The notes under the pieces are model-generated. The model did no database searches. It saw nothing but the letters and a program-made list of their open reading frames with translations, and was not told the origin of the DNA. A program made the translations under genes and the position numbers. A stretch of DNA of 10,664 nucleotides from a virus (Duplodnaviria; Heunggongvirae; Uroviricota; Caudoviricetes): IMG/VR virus record IMGVR_UViG_2667527789_000015, one strand, 5' to 3'. Positions 1 through 8,247 of this stretch are shown here, one piece after another. Positions within the stretch are counted from its first letter, which is position 1, and every line of letters begins with the position of its first letter.

Positions 1-543
1 ATGAAACGTTCAATTATTGCTGCCGCTGTCTTTTCTTCTTTTTTTATGAGCGCTGGAGTATTTGCTGCAGACGTTGATACCGGAACATTAACTATTAAGG
101 GGAATATTGCAGAATCTCCGTGTAAATTCGAAGCGGGTGGTGATTCAGTAAGTATTAATATGCCGACTGTACCAACCACTGTCTTTGAAGGTAAAGCTAA
201 ATATTCTACCTATGATGATGCAGTCGGTGTAACCAGCAGAATGTTAAAAATTAGCTGCCCGAAAGAAGTTGCTGGTGTAAAACTCTCGTTGATTACCAAC
301 GATAAAATAACCGGTAACGATAAGGCGATAGCCAGTAGCAACGATACCGTGGGTTACTATCTCTATTTAGGTGATAACAGCGATGTCCTGGATGTTTCTG
401 CACCTTTTAACATTGAGAGTTATAAAACAGCGGAAGGTCAATATGCTATTCCGTTTAAAGCAAAATACCTGAAACTGACAGATAACTCAGTGCAATCAGG
501 TGATGTGTTATCTTCTCTGGTTATGCGTGTGGCGCAGGATTAA
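1..543 (+). CDS. yehD: Fimbrial major subunit (chaperone-usher pathway), YehD-like
   Basis: 180-aa ORF with an N-terminal signal peptide (MKRSIIAAAVFSSFFMSAGVFAADV), one Cys pair and size typical of a fimbrial subunit. Sits first in a subunit-chaperone-usher-adhesin operon. Gene order and the adjacent rcn genes match the E. coli yeh locus from memory. Confidence 0.8.
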   Translation: MKRSIIAAAVFSSFFMSAGVFAADVDTGTLTIKGNIAESPCKFEAGGDSVSINMPTVPTTVFEGKAKYSTYDDAVGVTSRMLKISCPKEVAGVKLSLITNDKITGNDKAIASSNDTVGYYLYLGDNSDVLDVSAPFNIESYKTAEGQYAIPFKAKYLKLTDNSVQSGDVLSSLVMRVAQD

Positions 544-577
544 TAAATAAAATTGTAAGTTTCTCCAGGTAATAAAC

Positions 578-1297
578 ATGGCCGCTATCCCATGGCGGCC
601 TTTTAATTTAAGAGGCATTAAAATGAAAGGATTATTATCTTTACTCATTTTTTCTATGGTCCTTCCTGCACATGCCGGAATTGTTATCTACGGGACGCGC
701 ATTATTTACCCGGCAGAAAATAAAGAAGTTATGGTGCAGTTGATGAACCAGGGAAACCGTTCTTCGCTGCTGCAGGCGTGGATTGATGATGGCGATACGT
801 CGTTACCACCAGAAAAAATTCAGGTTCCTTTCATGTTAACGCCACCAGTGGCAAAAATAGGGGCAAATTCCGGGCAGCAAGTAAAAATCAAAATTATGCC
901 GAATAAACTGCCCACTAATAAAGAAAGCATTTTTTATCTGAATGTTCTGGATATTCCACCAAATAGTCCAGAGCAAGAAGGCAAAAATGCACTGAAGTTT
1001 GCGATGCAAAACAGAATTAAGTTGTTTTACCGGCCAGCGGGTATTGCTCCGGTAAATAAAGCGACCTTTAAAAAGTTACTGGTAAATCGCAGTGGCAATG
1101 GATTGGTGATAAAAAATGACTCAGCTAATTGGGTGACGATTTCGGATGTCAAAGCTAATAATGTTAAAGTCAATTATGAAACTATTATGATTGCCCCCTT
1201 AGAAAGTCAGAGTGTTAATGTCAAAAGTAATAATGCAAATAACTGGTATCTGACCATTATCGATGACCACGGCAACTATATTAGTGACAAAATTTAA
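578..1297 (+). CDS. yehC: Periplasmic fimbrial chaperone (PapD-like), YehC-like
   Basis: ORF translation carries PapD-like chaperone features and a signal peptide starting at the internal Met (MKGLLSLLIFSMVLPAHA). The in-frame ATG at 623 has an AAGAGG Shine-Dalgarno 8-9 nt upstream and is probably the true start; the ATG at 578 is the maximal ORF. Confidence 0.8.
   Translation: MAAIPWRPFNLRGIKMKGLLSLLIFSMVLPAHAGIVIYGTRIIYPAENKEVMVQLMNQGNRSSLLQAWIDDGDTSLPPEKIQVPFMLTPPVAKIGANSGQQVKIKIMPNKLPTNKESIFYLNVLDIPPNSPEQEGKNALKFAMQNRIKLFYRPAGIAPVNKATFKKLLVNRSGNGLVIKNDSANWVTISDVKANNVKVNYETIMIAPLESQSVNVKSNNANNWYLTIIDDHGNYISDKI
580..609 (+). terminator. GC-rich hairpin (GGCCGC-N9-GCGGCC) followed by TTTTAATTT; possible attenuator between major subunit and chaperone genes
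   Basis: Seen directly: 6-bp all-GC stem at 580-585 and 595-600, 9-nt loop, then a T-rich run at 601-609. Partial terminators after the major subunit gene are common in chaperone-usher operons. Confidence 0.35.
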
Positions 1298-1312
1298 TTG
1301 CAGGAGCTGCCT

Positions 1313-3793
1313 ATGTTGAGAATGACCCCACTTGCATCAGCAATCGTAGCGTTATTGCTCGGCATTGAAGCTTATGCAGCTGAAGAAGCCTTTGATACCC
1401 ATTTTATGATAGGTGGAATGAAAGACCAGCAGGTTGCAAATATTCGTCTTGATGATAATCAACCCTTACCGGGGCAGTATGACATCGATATTTATGTCAA
1501 TAAGCAATGGCGCGGGAAATATGAGATTATTGTTAAAGACAACCCGCAAGAAACATGTTTATCAATAGAAGTTATCAAGCGGTTAGGCATTAATAGCGAT
1601 AACTTCGCCAGCGGTAAGCAATGTTTAACATTTGAGCAACTTGTTCAGGGTGGGAGCTATACCTGGGATATCGGGGTTTTTCGTCTCGATTTCAGTGTCC
1701 CGCAGGCCTGGGTGGAAGAACTGGAAAGTGGCTATGTTCCACCGGAAAACTGGGAGCGGGGTATTAATGCGTTTTATACCTCTTATTATGTGAGTCAGTA
1801 TTACAGTGACTATAAAGCGTCGGGTAATAGTAAGAGTACATATGTACGTTTTAACAGCGGGTTAAATTTACTGGGGTGGCAACTGCATTCTGATGCCAGT
1901 TTCAGTAAAACAAATAACAATCCAGGGGTGTGGAAAAGCAATACCCTGTATCTGGAACGTGGATTTGCCCAACTTCTCGGCACGCTTCGCGTGGGTGATA
2001 TGTACACATCAAGCGATATTTTTGATTCTGTTCGCTTCAGCGGTGTGCGGTTGTTTCGTGATATGCAGATGTTGCCTAACTCGAAACAAAATTTTACGCC
2101 ACGGGTGCAGGGGATTGCTCAGAGTAATGCGCTGGTAACTATTGAACAGAACGGTTTTGTGGTTTATCAGAAAGAGGTTCCTCCTGGCCCGTTCGCGATT
2201 GCAGATTTGCAGTTGGCCGGTGGTGGAGCAGATCTTGATGTCAGCGTGAAAGAGGCGGACGGCTCGGTAACCACCTATCTGGTGCCTTATGCAGCAGTGC
2301 CAAATATGCTGCAACCCGGCGTATCGAAATATGATTTTGCGGCGGGTCGTAGCCATATTGAAGGGGCGAGCAAACAAAGTGATTTTGTCCAGGCGGGTTA
2401 TCAGTATGGTTTTAATAATTTATTGACGCTGTATGGTGGCTCGATGGTCGCGAATAATTATTACGCGTTTACTTTGGGGACTGGCTGGAATACACGCATT
2501 GGTGCCATTTCCGTCGATGCCACGAAGTCGCATAGTAAACAAGACAACGGCGATGTGTTTGACGGGCAAAGTTATCAAATTGCCTACAACAAATTTGTGA
2601 GCCAAACGTCGACGCGTTTTGGTCTGGCGGCCTGGCGTTATTCATCGCGTGATTACCGGACATTTAATGATCACGTTTGGGCAAACAATAAAGATAATTA
2701 TCGCCGTGATGAAAACGATGTCTATGACATTGCCGATTATTACCAGAACGATTTTGGCCGTAAAAATAGCTTCTCTGCCAATATGAGCCAGTCATTGCCA
2801 GAAGGCTGGGGGTCTGTGTCCTTAAGTACGTTATGGCGAGATTACTGGGGGCGTAGCGGCAGCAGTAAGGATTATCAGTTGAGTTATTCCAATAACTGGC
2901 GGCGGATAAGCTATATCCTCGCGGCAAGCCAGGCGTATGACGAGAATCATCATGAAGAGAAACGTTTTAATATTTTTATATCGATTCCCTTTGATTGGGG
3001 TGATGACGTTACGACGCCTCGTCGGCAAATATATATGTCTAACTCAACGACGTTTGATGATCAGGGGTTTGCCTCAAATAATACGGGATTATCAGGAACC
3101 GTTGGAAGCCGGGATCAGTTTAACTATGGGGTCAACCTGAGTTATCAGAATCAGGGAAATGAAACGACAGCTGGGGCGAATTTGACCTGGAACGCGCCGG
3201 TTGCGACAGTGAATGGCAGTTATAGTCAGTCGAGTACTTATCGACAGGCTGGAGCCAGTGTTTCAGGGGGCATTGTCGCCTGGTCGGGGGGCGTTAATCT
3301 GGCGAACCGTCTTTCAGAAACGTTTGCTGTGATGAATGCGCCAGGAATTAAAGATGCTTATGTCAATGGGCAAAAATATCGCACAACAAACCGTAATGGA
3401 GTGGTGGTATACGACGGAATGACACCTTATCGGGAAAATCACCTGATGCTGGATGTGTCGCAAAGCGATAGCGAAGCAGAATTACGTGGCAACCGGAAAA
3501 TTGCCGCCCCTTATCGCGGCGCGGTTGTACTGGTTAATTTTGATACCGATCAGCGCAAGCCCTGGTTTATAAAAGCGTTAAGAGCGGATGGGCAACCATT
3601 AATGTTTGGTTATGAAGTCAATGATATCCATGGTCATAATATTGGCGTTGTCGGTCAGGGAAGCCAGTTATTTATTCGCACCAATGAAGTACCGCCATCG
3701 GTTAATGTAGCAATTGATAAGCAACAAGGACTTTCATGCACAATCACCTTCGGTAAAGAGATTGATGAAAGTAGAAACTATATTTGCCAGTAA
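1313..3793 (+). CDS. yehB: Outer-membrane fimbrial usher (FimD/PapC family), YehB-like
   Basis: About 826-aa ORF with a signal peptide (MLRMTPLASAIVALLLGIEAYA), a long beta-barrel-like Tyr/Asn/Ser/Gly-rich body and a C-terminal Cys pair typical of ushers. ATG at 1313 is preceded by AGGAG at 1302-1306; the ORF-track start at 1298 is a TTG immediately after the chaperone stop and is less likely. Confidence 0.88.
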   Translation: MLRMTPLASAIVALLLGIEAYAAEEAFDTHFMIGGMKDQQVANIRLDDNQPLPGQYDIDIYVNKQWRGKYEIIVKDNPQETCLSIEVIKRLGINSDNFASGKQCLTFEQLVQGGSYTWDIGVFRLDFSVPQAWVEELESGYVPPENWERGINAFYTSYYVSQYYSDYKASGNSKSTYVRFNSGLNLLGWQLHSDASFSKTNNNPGVWKSNTLYLERGFAQLLGTLRVGDMYTSSDIFDSVRFSGVRLFRDMQMLPNSKQNFTPRVQGIAQSNALVTIEQNGFVVYQKEVPPGPFAIADLQLAGGGADLDVSVKEADGSVTTYLVPYAAVPNMLQPGVSKYDFAAGRSHIEGASKQSDFVQAGYQYGFNNLLTLYGGSMVANNYYAFTLGTGWNTRIGAISVDATKSHSKQDNGDVFDGQSYQIAYNKFVSQTSTRFGLAAWRYSSRDYRTFNDHVWANNKDNYRRDENDVYDIADYYQNDFGRKNSFSANMSQSLPEGWGSVSLSTLWRDYWGRSGSSKDYQLSYSNNWRRISYILAASQAYDENHHEEKRFNIFISIPFDWGDDVTTPRRQIYMSNSTTFDDQGFASNNTGLSGTVGSRDQFNYGVNLSYQNQGNETTAGANLTWNAPVATVNGSYSQSSTYRQAGASVSGGIVAWSGGVNLANRLSETFAVMNAPGIKDAYVNGQKYRTTNRNGVVVYDGMTPYRENHLMLDVSQSDSEAELRGNRKIAAPYRGAVVLVNFDTDQRKPWFIKALRADGQPLMFGYEVNDIHGHNIGVVGQGSQLFIRTNEVPPSVNVAIDKQQGLSCTITFGKEIDESRNYICQ

Positions 3794-3806
3794 TAGTCAG
3801 GTGGTT

Positions 3807-4841
3807 ATGAATATTCGTATAATGTTATTTATAGTAATGATGATGGTTATGCCTGTGAGCTATGCGGCATGTTATAGTGAGTTATCTGTTCAGCACAATT
3901 TGGTTGTTCAGGGGGATTTTGCACTTACTCAAACACAAATGGCGACATATGAGCATAATTTTAATGATTCGTCATGCGTGAGTACAAATACTATCACCCC
4001 TATGAGCCCGTCGGATATTATTGTTGGACTTTATAACGATACCATTAAATTAAATTTACATTTTGAATGGACCAATAAAAACAACATCACGTTATCAAAT
4101 AATCAGACCAGTTTCACCAGTGGTTATTCGGTAACGGTGACACCTGCGGCCAGTAATGCAAAAGTGAATGTTTCTGCGGGGGGCGGCGGTTCAGTGATGA
4201 TTAATGGAGTTGCGACATTATCCAGTGCTTCATCATCGACACGCGGGAGTGCCGCAGTACAATTTCTACTGTGTTTATTAGGTGGCAAGTCATGGGATGC
4301 ATGTGTAAATAGCTACAGAAATGCATTGGCACAAAATGCAGGTGTCTATTCCTTTAATCTGACATTGTCATACAACCCGATAACCACAACCTGCAAACCG
4401 GACGATTTATTAATTACTTTAGACAGTATTCCCGTTTCACAATTACCAGCCACAGGTAACAAAGCAACAATAAATAGTAAACAAGGGGATATTATTCTGC
4501 GTTGTAAAAATTTATTAGGTCAACAAAATCAAACATCACGGAAAATGCAGGTGTATTTATCAAGTTCTGACTTGTTAACCAACAGCAACACAATACTGAA
4601 AGGTGCGGAAGATAATGGCGTAGGATTTATTCTTGAAAGTAATGGTTCGTCAGTCACACTTTTAAATATCACTAACAGCAGTAAAGGATACACAAATTTA
4701 AAAGAAATTGCGGCAAAGTCAAAACTTACAGATACAACGGTTTCAATTCCGATAACTGCCAGTTACTACGTCTACGATACAAACAAAGTTAAATCTGGCG
4801 CACTGGAGGCAACCGCATTAATCAACGTGAAATACGACTAA
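3807..4841 (+). CDS. yehA: Fimbrial tip/adhesin-like subunit, YehA-like
   Basis: ORF in the last operon position with a signal peptide (MNIRIMLFIVMMMVMPVSYA) and a Ser/Thr/Asn-rich mature region with several Cys. The ATG at 3807 gives 344 aa; the upstream part of ORF-track 3714..4841 overlaps the usher 3' end and is probably not translated. Confidence 0.75.
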   Translation: MNIRIMLFIVMMMVMPVSYAACYSELSVQHNLVVQGDFALTQTQMATYEHNFNDSSCVSTNTITPMSPSDIIVGLYNDTIKLNLHFEWTNKNNITLSNNQTSFTSGYSVTVTPAASNAKVNVSAGGGGSVMINGVATLSSASSSTRGSAAVQFLLCLLGGKSWDACVNSYRNALAQNAGVYSFNLTLSYNPITTTCKPDDLLITLDSIPVSQLPATGNKATINSKQGDIILRCKNLLGQQNQTSRKMQVYLSSSDLLTNSNTILKGAEDNGVGFILESNGSSVTLLNITNSSKGYTNLKEIAAKSKLTDTTVSIPITASYYVYDTNKVKSGALEATALINVKYD

Positions 4842-4897
4842 TAACAAGCAAGACGAGCAAGTGGCTAATAATAAAAAATAACAAGGTGTCTGCATTT

Positions 4898-4924
4898 CCC
4901 CCTCATGATGAGGGGGCTTTTTTT
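4898..4924 (+). terminator. Rho-independent terminator after the fimbrial operon
   Basis: Seen directly: near-perfect palindrome CCCCCTCAT-G-ATGAGGGGG at 4898-4916, followed by C and a 7-T run at 4918-4924. The T run overlaps the rcnB stop codon on the opposite strand. Confidence 0.65.
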
Positions 4925-5261
4925 AGCGATGATAAAAAATCTCACCGTCGTAGGCTTTAATGATTTTACCGTCGGTGTCGCTGATCAACACGTACGCGCC
5001 ACCCATATAGGTCCAGTGCGTCCCGGCATCAGGCGCGGGCAGGTTACGTAACTGCCACTGCTTAATGTTGTACTCATCGGTGCGGTACATCTCTGGGACG
5101 GTATCGCCTGGTTTGAAATGCTTAAAGTCAGCAATGAAACTGCTTAACTCATACTTAGAAATTCCCGAGGTATTGGTCGAACCCGCGGTGGCTGGTGCGG
5201 CCCAGGCGGCACTGGTAACCAGCAAAAGCGCACCCAGCAACATCTTATTTTTAATGGTCAT
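4923..5261 (-). CDS. rcnB: Periplasmic nickel/cobalt homeostasis protein RcnB (YohN-like)
   Basis: Minus-strand ORF. The internal Met at 5261 gives 112 aa with a signal peptide (MTIKNKMLLGALLLVTSAAWAAP) and a GGAGAG Shine-Dalgarno just upstream. The position next to rcnA matches the rcnAB operon. The longer ORF-track start at 5441 has no signal peptide and is probably artefactual. Confidence 0.8.
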   Translation of the reverse strand: MTIKNKMLLGALLLVTSAAWAAPATAGSTNTSGISKYELSSFIADFKHFKPGDTVPEMYRTDEYNIKQWQLRNLPAPDAGTHWTYMGGAYVLISDTDGKIIKAYDGEIFYHR

Positions 5262-5376
5262 AAACTCTCCACTTTGGGGATCTGTAATATCAGTCGCATA
5301 TCTTTCCTGCCATACAATATAACTGACAAGCGATATTTTGTTAGTGATCCCATGATTTCGTAAAAAGTGTAAATGA

Positions 5377-5399
5377 AAGGATGCCCTAAAAGCATCCTT
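5377..5399 (-). other. Intercistronic stem-loop between rcnA and rcnB (AAGGATGC-N7-GCATCCTT)
   Basis: Seen directly: 8-bp inverted repeat with a 7-nt loop in the 218-bp rcnA-rcnB spacer. Could be an mRNA processing or stability element or a partial terminator; function not determinable from sequence. Confidence 0.3.
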
Positions 5400-5479
5400 A
5401 GCGAGCAGAGAGTCAGCGGAAATAGCTGATTTAAGAATCATCCTGGGCTGAAGATAACATGCAAGCCTAAAGGATTGAG

Positions 5480-6304
5480 TTATCGCATTATGCCCATGAA
5501 GCCATGTACGCCCATATACACACCGACTAAGCCAATCAACAGACTGGAAAAATAGGGGGCGCGTTTAGCGAGAGTGTTAAATCCGCTCCAGCGTTTTGCG
5601 ACCTGCTGAACGCTGATTGCTGCGCCAACGCCTACGGTGATAAGCGTTAACGCCAGGCCAATGCTGAAACTGACGACCAGTGTTGCGCCCAGTGTCAGGG
5701 CTTTCAACTGAATGCATATCAACAGCACGGTAATTGCTGCCGGGCAGGGGATAAGGCCACCGGTTAAGCCAAATAACAAAATTTGCCAGTTGGTGACCTC
5801 TCTACCATCAAAGCGTCGTTTAATGTCATTGGCATGGGCTCGTGCATGGGCATCCTGATACTCGACATGTTCGTGATGGTGATGATGTCCATGGTCGTGG
5901 TGATCTTCGTGATCGTGGTGATGATGTTCATGATCATACTCGTGCATATTCTCCAGCCAGTTGCGTTCGCCGCGCCAGGTACGCCAGAACATCCAGAACG
6001 CGGTGCCAATAATGATCACTGCGGAAATCAGCTGGAGCCACGGTTCTGCTGATTGAGCAGTAAAGCGCTTGCTGATCACCATCCCGCCAAAGGCAATTAA
6101 CCAGACCACTGCGGTATGCGAAATAGTTGCTGCCAGTCCGAGCATCACCGCTTGTTTAATGGTGCCTTTGATGGCGATGATAAACGCCGCCATCATCGTT
6201 TTTGAGTGCCCTGGTTCCAGGCCATGAAGCGCACCAAGTAAGATGGCGCTGGGGATGAAGAACCAGGCGTTTCCTTGCTGAAGAAGAGTTGTAAATTCGG
6301 TCAT
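5480..6304 (-). CDS. rcnA: Nickel/cobalt efflux permease RcnA
   Basis: 274-aa membrane protein with multiple hydrophobic segments and the characteristic histidine-rich cytoplasmic loop (HEYDHEHHHHDHEDHHDHGHHHHHEH). N-terminus MTEFTTLLQQGNAWFF matches RcnA as I recall it. Confidence 0.9.
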   Translation of the reverse strand: MTEFTTLLQQGNAWFFIPSAILLGALHGLEPGHSKTMMAAFIIAIKGTIKQAVMLGLAATISHTAVVWLIAFGGMVISKRFTAQSAEPWLQLISAVIIIGTAFWMFWRTWRGERNWLENMHEYDHEHHHHDHEDHHDHGHHHHHEHVEYQDAHARAHANDIKRRFDGREVTNWQILLFGLTGGLIPCPAAITVLLICIQLKALTLGATLVVSFSIGLALTLITVGVGAAISVQQVAKRWSGFNTLAKRAPYFSSLLIGLVGVYMGVHGFMGIMR

Positions 6305-6341
6305 GATAATAATTCTTAGTATTAATTCGGCAATCTGATTC

Positions 6342-6376
6342 TACTCCCCCCCAGTACCTGATACTACCCCCCAGTA
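6342..6376. promoter_or_regulatory. Two RcnR operator sites (TACT-G6-N-AGTA type) in the rcnA-rcnR divergent intergenic region
   Basis: Seen directly: TACTCCCCCCCAGTA at 6342-6356 and TACTACCCCCCAGTA at 6362-6376, which are the C-tract complements of the described RcnR G-tract operator. Established knowledge of the RcnR operator motif. Confidence 0.75.
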
Positions 6377-6424
6377 GATTAATAGTGCTATGATTTTTCA
6401 TATTCTTGTTAACAAGGTGTTGCC

Positions 6425-6697
6425 ATGTCTCATACAATCCGTGATAAACAGAAACTGAAAGCGCGTGCCAGTAAGATTCAGGGCCAGGTCGTGGCGCTCA
6501 AGAAAATGCTCGACGAGCCGCACGAATGCGCTGCAGTTTTACAACAGATTGCTGCTATCCGTGGCGCGGTAAACGGTCTGATGCGGGAAGTGATTAAAGG
6601 TCATCTGACGGAACACATCGTTCACCAGGGGGATGAGCTAAAACGTGAAGAAGATCTGGATGTCGTTCTGAAGGTGCTGGATTCATATATCAAATAA
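6425..6697 (+). CDS. rcnR: Ni/Co-responsive transcriptional repressor RcnR (CsoR/RcnR family)
   Basis: 90-aa ORF beginning [22 protein letters not shown] with the His/Cys metal-binding residues of the family (H3, C35, H60, H64 pattern). Transcribed divergently from rcnA with operators in between. Confidence 0.9.
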
Positions 6698-6783
6698 TTT
6701 ATTAACGCGATTGTAAAACTGCCGTTTTTCCTCGTTTACAACGCGTGCGCTGGACATTACCATCCTCCTCTGCGATTTATCAT

Positions 6784-6838
6784 CGCAACCAAACGACTCG
6801 GGGTGCCCTTCTGCGTGAAGGCTGAGAAATACCCGTAT
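6784..6838 (+). promoter_or_regulatory. Truncated 5' portion of the thiM TPP riboswitch (THI-box) aptamer
   Basis: Sequence AACCAAACGACTCGGGGTGCCCTTCUGCGTGAAGGCTGAGAAATACCCGTAT matches the 5' half (P1 5' strand, P2, P3, CUGAGA motif) of the E. coli thiM aptamer as I recall it. The native continuation (CACCTGATCTGGATAATGCCAGCGTAGGGAA, P4/P5) is absent; the sequence after 6838 is unrelated. Confidence 0.6.
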
Positions 6839-6932
6839 TTTCTCATTTAGTGTTTTTTGCGGTTCGGGGGTGTTCGTGGTTGTTTGTGTATGTATTTGAT
6901 ATTAAATGAATTATTCTGTTTTCTTGTTTGTT

Positions 6933-6990
6933 GTTGTTCGTCGTTGTTCGTAGAGCTTCAACAAAATGTGTGGTCAGTTGTGTGGTCAGT
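6933..6990 (+). repeat. Short direct repeats upstream of the integrase gene; candidate integrase arm-type binding sites
   Basis: Seen directly: GTTGTTCGT at 6933-6941 and 6943-6951, and a perfect tandem TGTGTGGTCAGT at 6967-6978 and 6979-6990, lying between the junction and the integrase start. Confidence 0.4.
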
Positions 6991-7026
6991 TTTTTGAGGC
7001 TGGAGGACTGAAAAGAGGATCTGATA

Positions 7027-8247
7027 GTGGGAAAAGCACTAAACAAACTGAGCGATTCGACGTTAAAAAAATTGGCGGCTGTCCAGGCAGAAAAAGAGCG
7101 TTTTTACTCCGACGGGGGCGGGCTGGAGATTAAACACTCAAAAGGCGGCAAATTAACCTGGTATTTTCGGTACCGAACGGGAGGCCGTGAGGTCGCCGCA
7201 GAGCGGTTAAAGCTGGGGGCTTACCCTGAGCTGTCGCTGAAAGCTGCTAGGGAAAAACGCACACAGTGCCGGTCATGGCTGGCTGAGGGTAAAAATCCCC
7301 GTTATGAGTTGTGCGCCACAGTACAGGAAGCATTAAAACCCGTTACGGTGAAGGAGGCGATTAACTACTGGCTGGAGGAATACGCGAAGGATAATCGCAA
7401 AGACTACATAAAACTGGTGCAACGTATGGATAAGCACATCATTTGCCATATAGGGGCAATCCCTCTTGATAAATGCGATACAAGGCAGTGGATCGCATGT
7501 TTTGACCGTGTACGAAAAAAAGCACCAGTAGCAGCAGGGCACGTCATGCAAACCTGCAAACAGGCGCTAAAGTTCTGCCGCAGGAGGCGCTACGCGTTCA
7601 GTAATGCCCTGGACGATTTGATCGTCAGCGATGTGGGTAAGAGAGCAGAAATTCGCGAGAGGGTACACAGTAACAGCGAATTAAAGGAAATTTTACGCGC
7701 TATCGATGGTGATGTGTTCGCGCCTTACTACAGCACGTTAATGCGCTTGCTGATTGTGTTCGGGTGCAGAACGGCAGAGGTCAGACTTTCAGAGATCAAA
7801 GAATGGGATCTGAAAGAAATGTTGTGGACAGTGCCAAAAGAGCACAGCAAAACGAAGGTAACGATATTCAGGCCAATCCCCGATGGCATTTTGCCGTTCA
7901 TTCAGAAGCTGGTGGAGCAGAACCGACATACAGGGTTATTGCTCGGAGAACTGAAAAAAGATACCACGGTAGCGCAATATGGGCGAAATGCGCATAAGCG
8001 GCTTAACCAGGAACACTGGACGCTGCATGACTTTCGCCACACGTTTACAACGATGCTGAACGATTTAGGTATCGATCCGCATATCGTGGAGCACATCACA
8101 GCGCATCAGATGCCCGGTCAGCAAAAAACCTATAACCATTCACGCTATTTACAGGCGAAACGGGACGCTCTGAATCTATGGGTTGAGCGTCTCGATGTGC
8201 TGGCTGGAAATCATGAAAATATTGTTATGCTGAAGGTGGCTAAATGA
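7027..8247 (+). CDS. int: Tyrosine site-specific integrase, P4-type (phage integrase family)
   Basis: 406-aa ORF with a GTG start and AAGAGG 10 nt upstream. N-terminal arm-binding-like region (LKKLAAV...GGGLEIKHSKGGKLTWYFRYR) and C-terminal catalytic signatures (FGCRTAEV box I Arg, HDFRHTF H-x-x-R, KTYNHSRY Tyr region) typical of tyrosine recombinases. Confidence 0.9.
   Translation: MGKALNKLSDSTLKKLAAVQAEKERFYSDGGGLEIKHSKGGKLTWYFRYRTGGREVAAERLKLGAYPELSLKAAREKRTQCRSWLAEGKNPRYELCATVQEALKPVTVKEAINYWLEEYAKDNRKDYIKLVQRMDKHIICHIGAIPLDKCDTRQWIACFDRVRKKAPVAAGHVMQTCKQALKFCRRRRYAFSNALDDLIVSDVGKRAEIRERVHSNSELKEILRAIDGDVFAPYYSTLMRLLIVFGCRTAEVRLSEIKEWDLKEMLWTVPKEHSKTKVTIFRPIPDGILPFIQKLVEQNRHTGLLLGELKKDTTVAQYGRNAHKRLNQEHWTLHDFRHTFTTMLNDLGIDPHIVEHITAHQMPGQQKTYNHSRYLQAKRDALNLWVERLDVLAGNHENIVMLKVAK

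Noticed and set aside
1810-3140. Multiple short ORFs on both strands within the usher gene
   Set aside because: Fully contained in the 826-aa usher coding sequence, with no ribosome-binding sites and implausible compositions; treated as frame shadows.
1-4841. Fimbrial operon as the candidate novel system
   Set aside because: The gene order and protein features match the well-known cryptic yehDCBA chaperone-usher operon; nothing in the sequence suggests departure from that.
5764-6052. Two overlapping ORFs (minus 5764..6009, plus 5783..6052) inside rcnA
   Set aside because: They lie over the His-codon-rich repetitive region of rcnA; the repetitive CAT/CAC/GTG/ATG runs create open frames on several frames. 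The products are low-complexity (M/I/V/T runs).
6698-6750. Possible rcnR terminator (AAAAC-TGCC-GTTTT)
   Set aside because: The stem is A/T-only and short, with no convincing GC clamp; not supportable as an intrinsic terminator.
6856-6880. GGTTCGGGGG segment resembling a tRNA T-arm, considered as a possible tRNA attachment site
   Set aside because: No acceptor stem, anticodon arm or CCA-proximal structure can be built around it. The adjacent upstream sequence is clearly the thiM leader rather than a tRNA gene.
6843-7046. 67-aa minus-strand ORF across the att-like repeat region
   Set aside because: Low-complexity translation (T/N/Q-rich) over tandem repeats, running antisense into the integrase start; more likely non-coding arm-site DNA.
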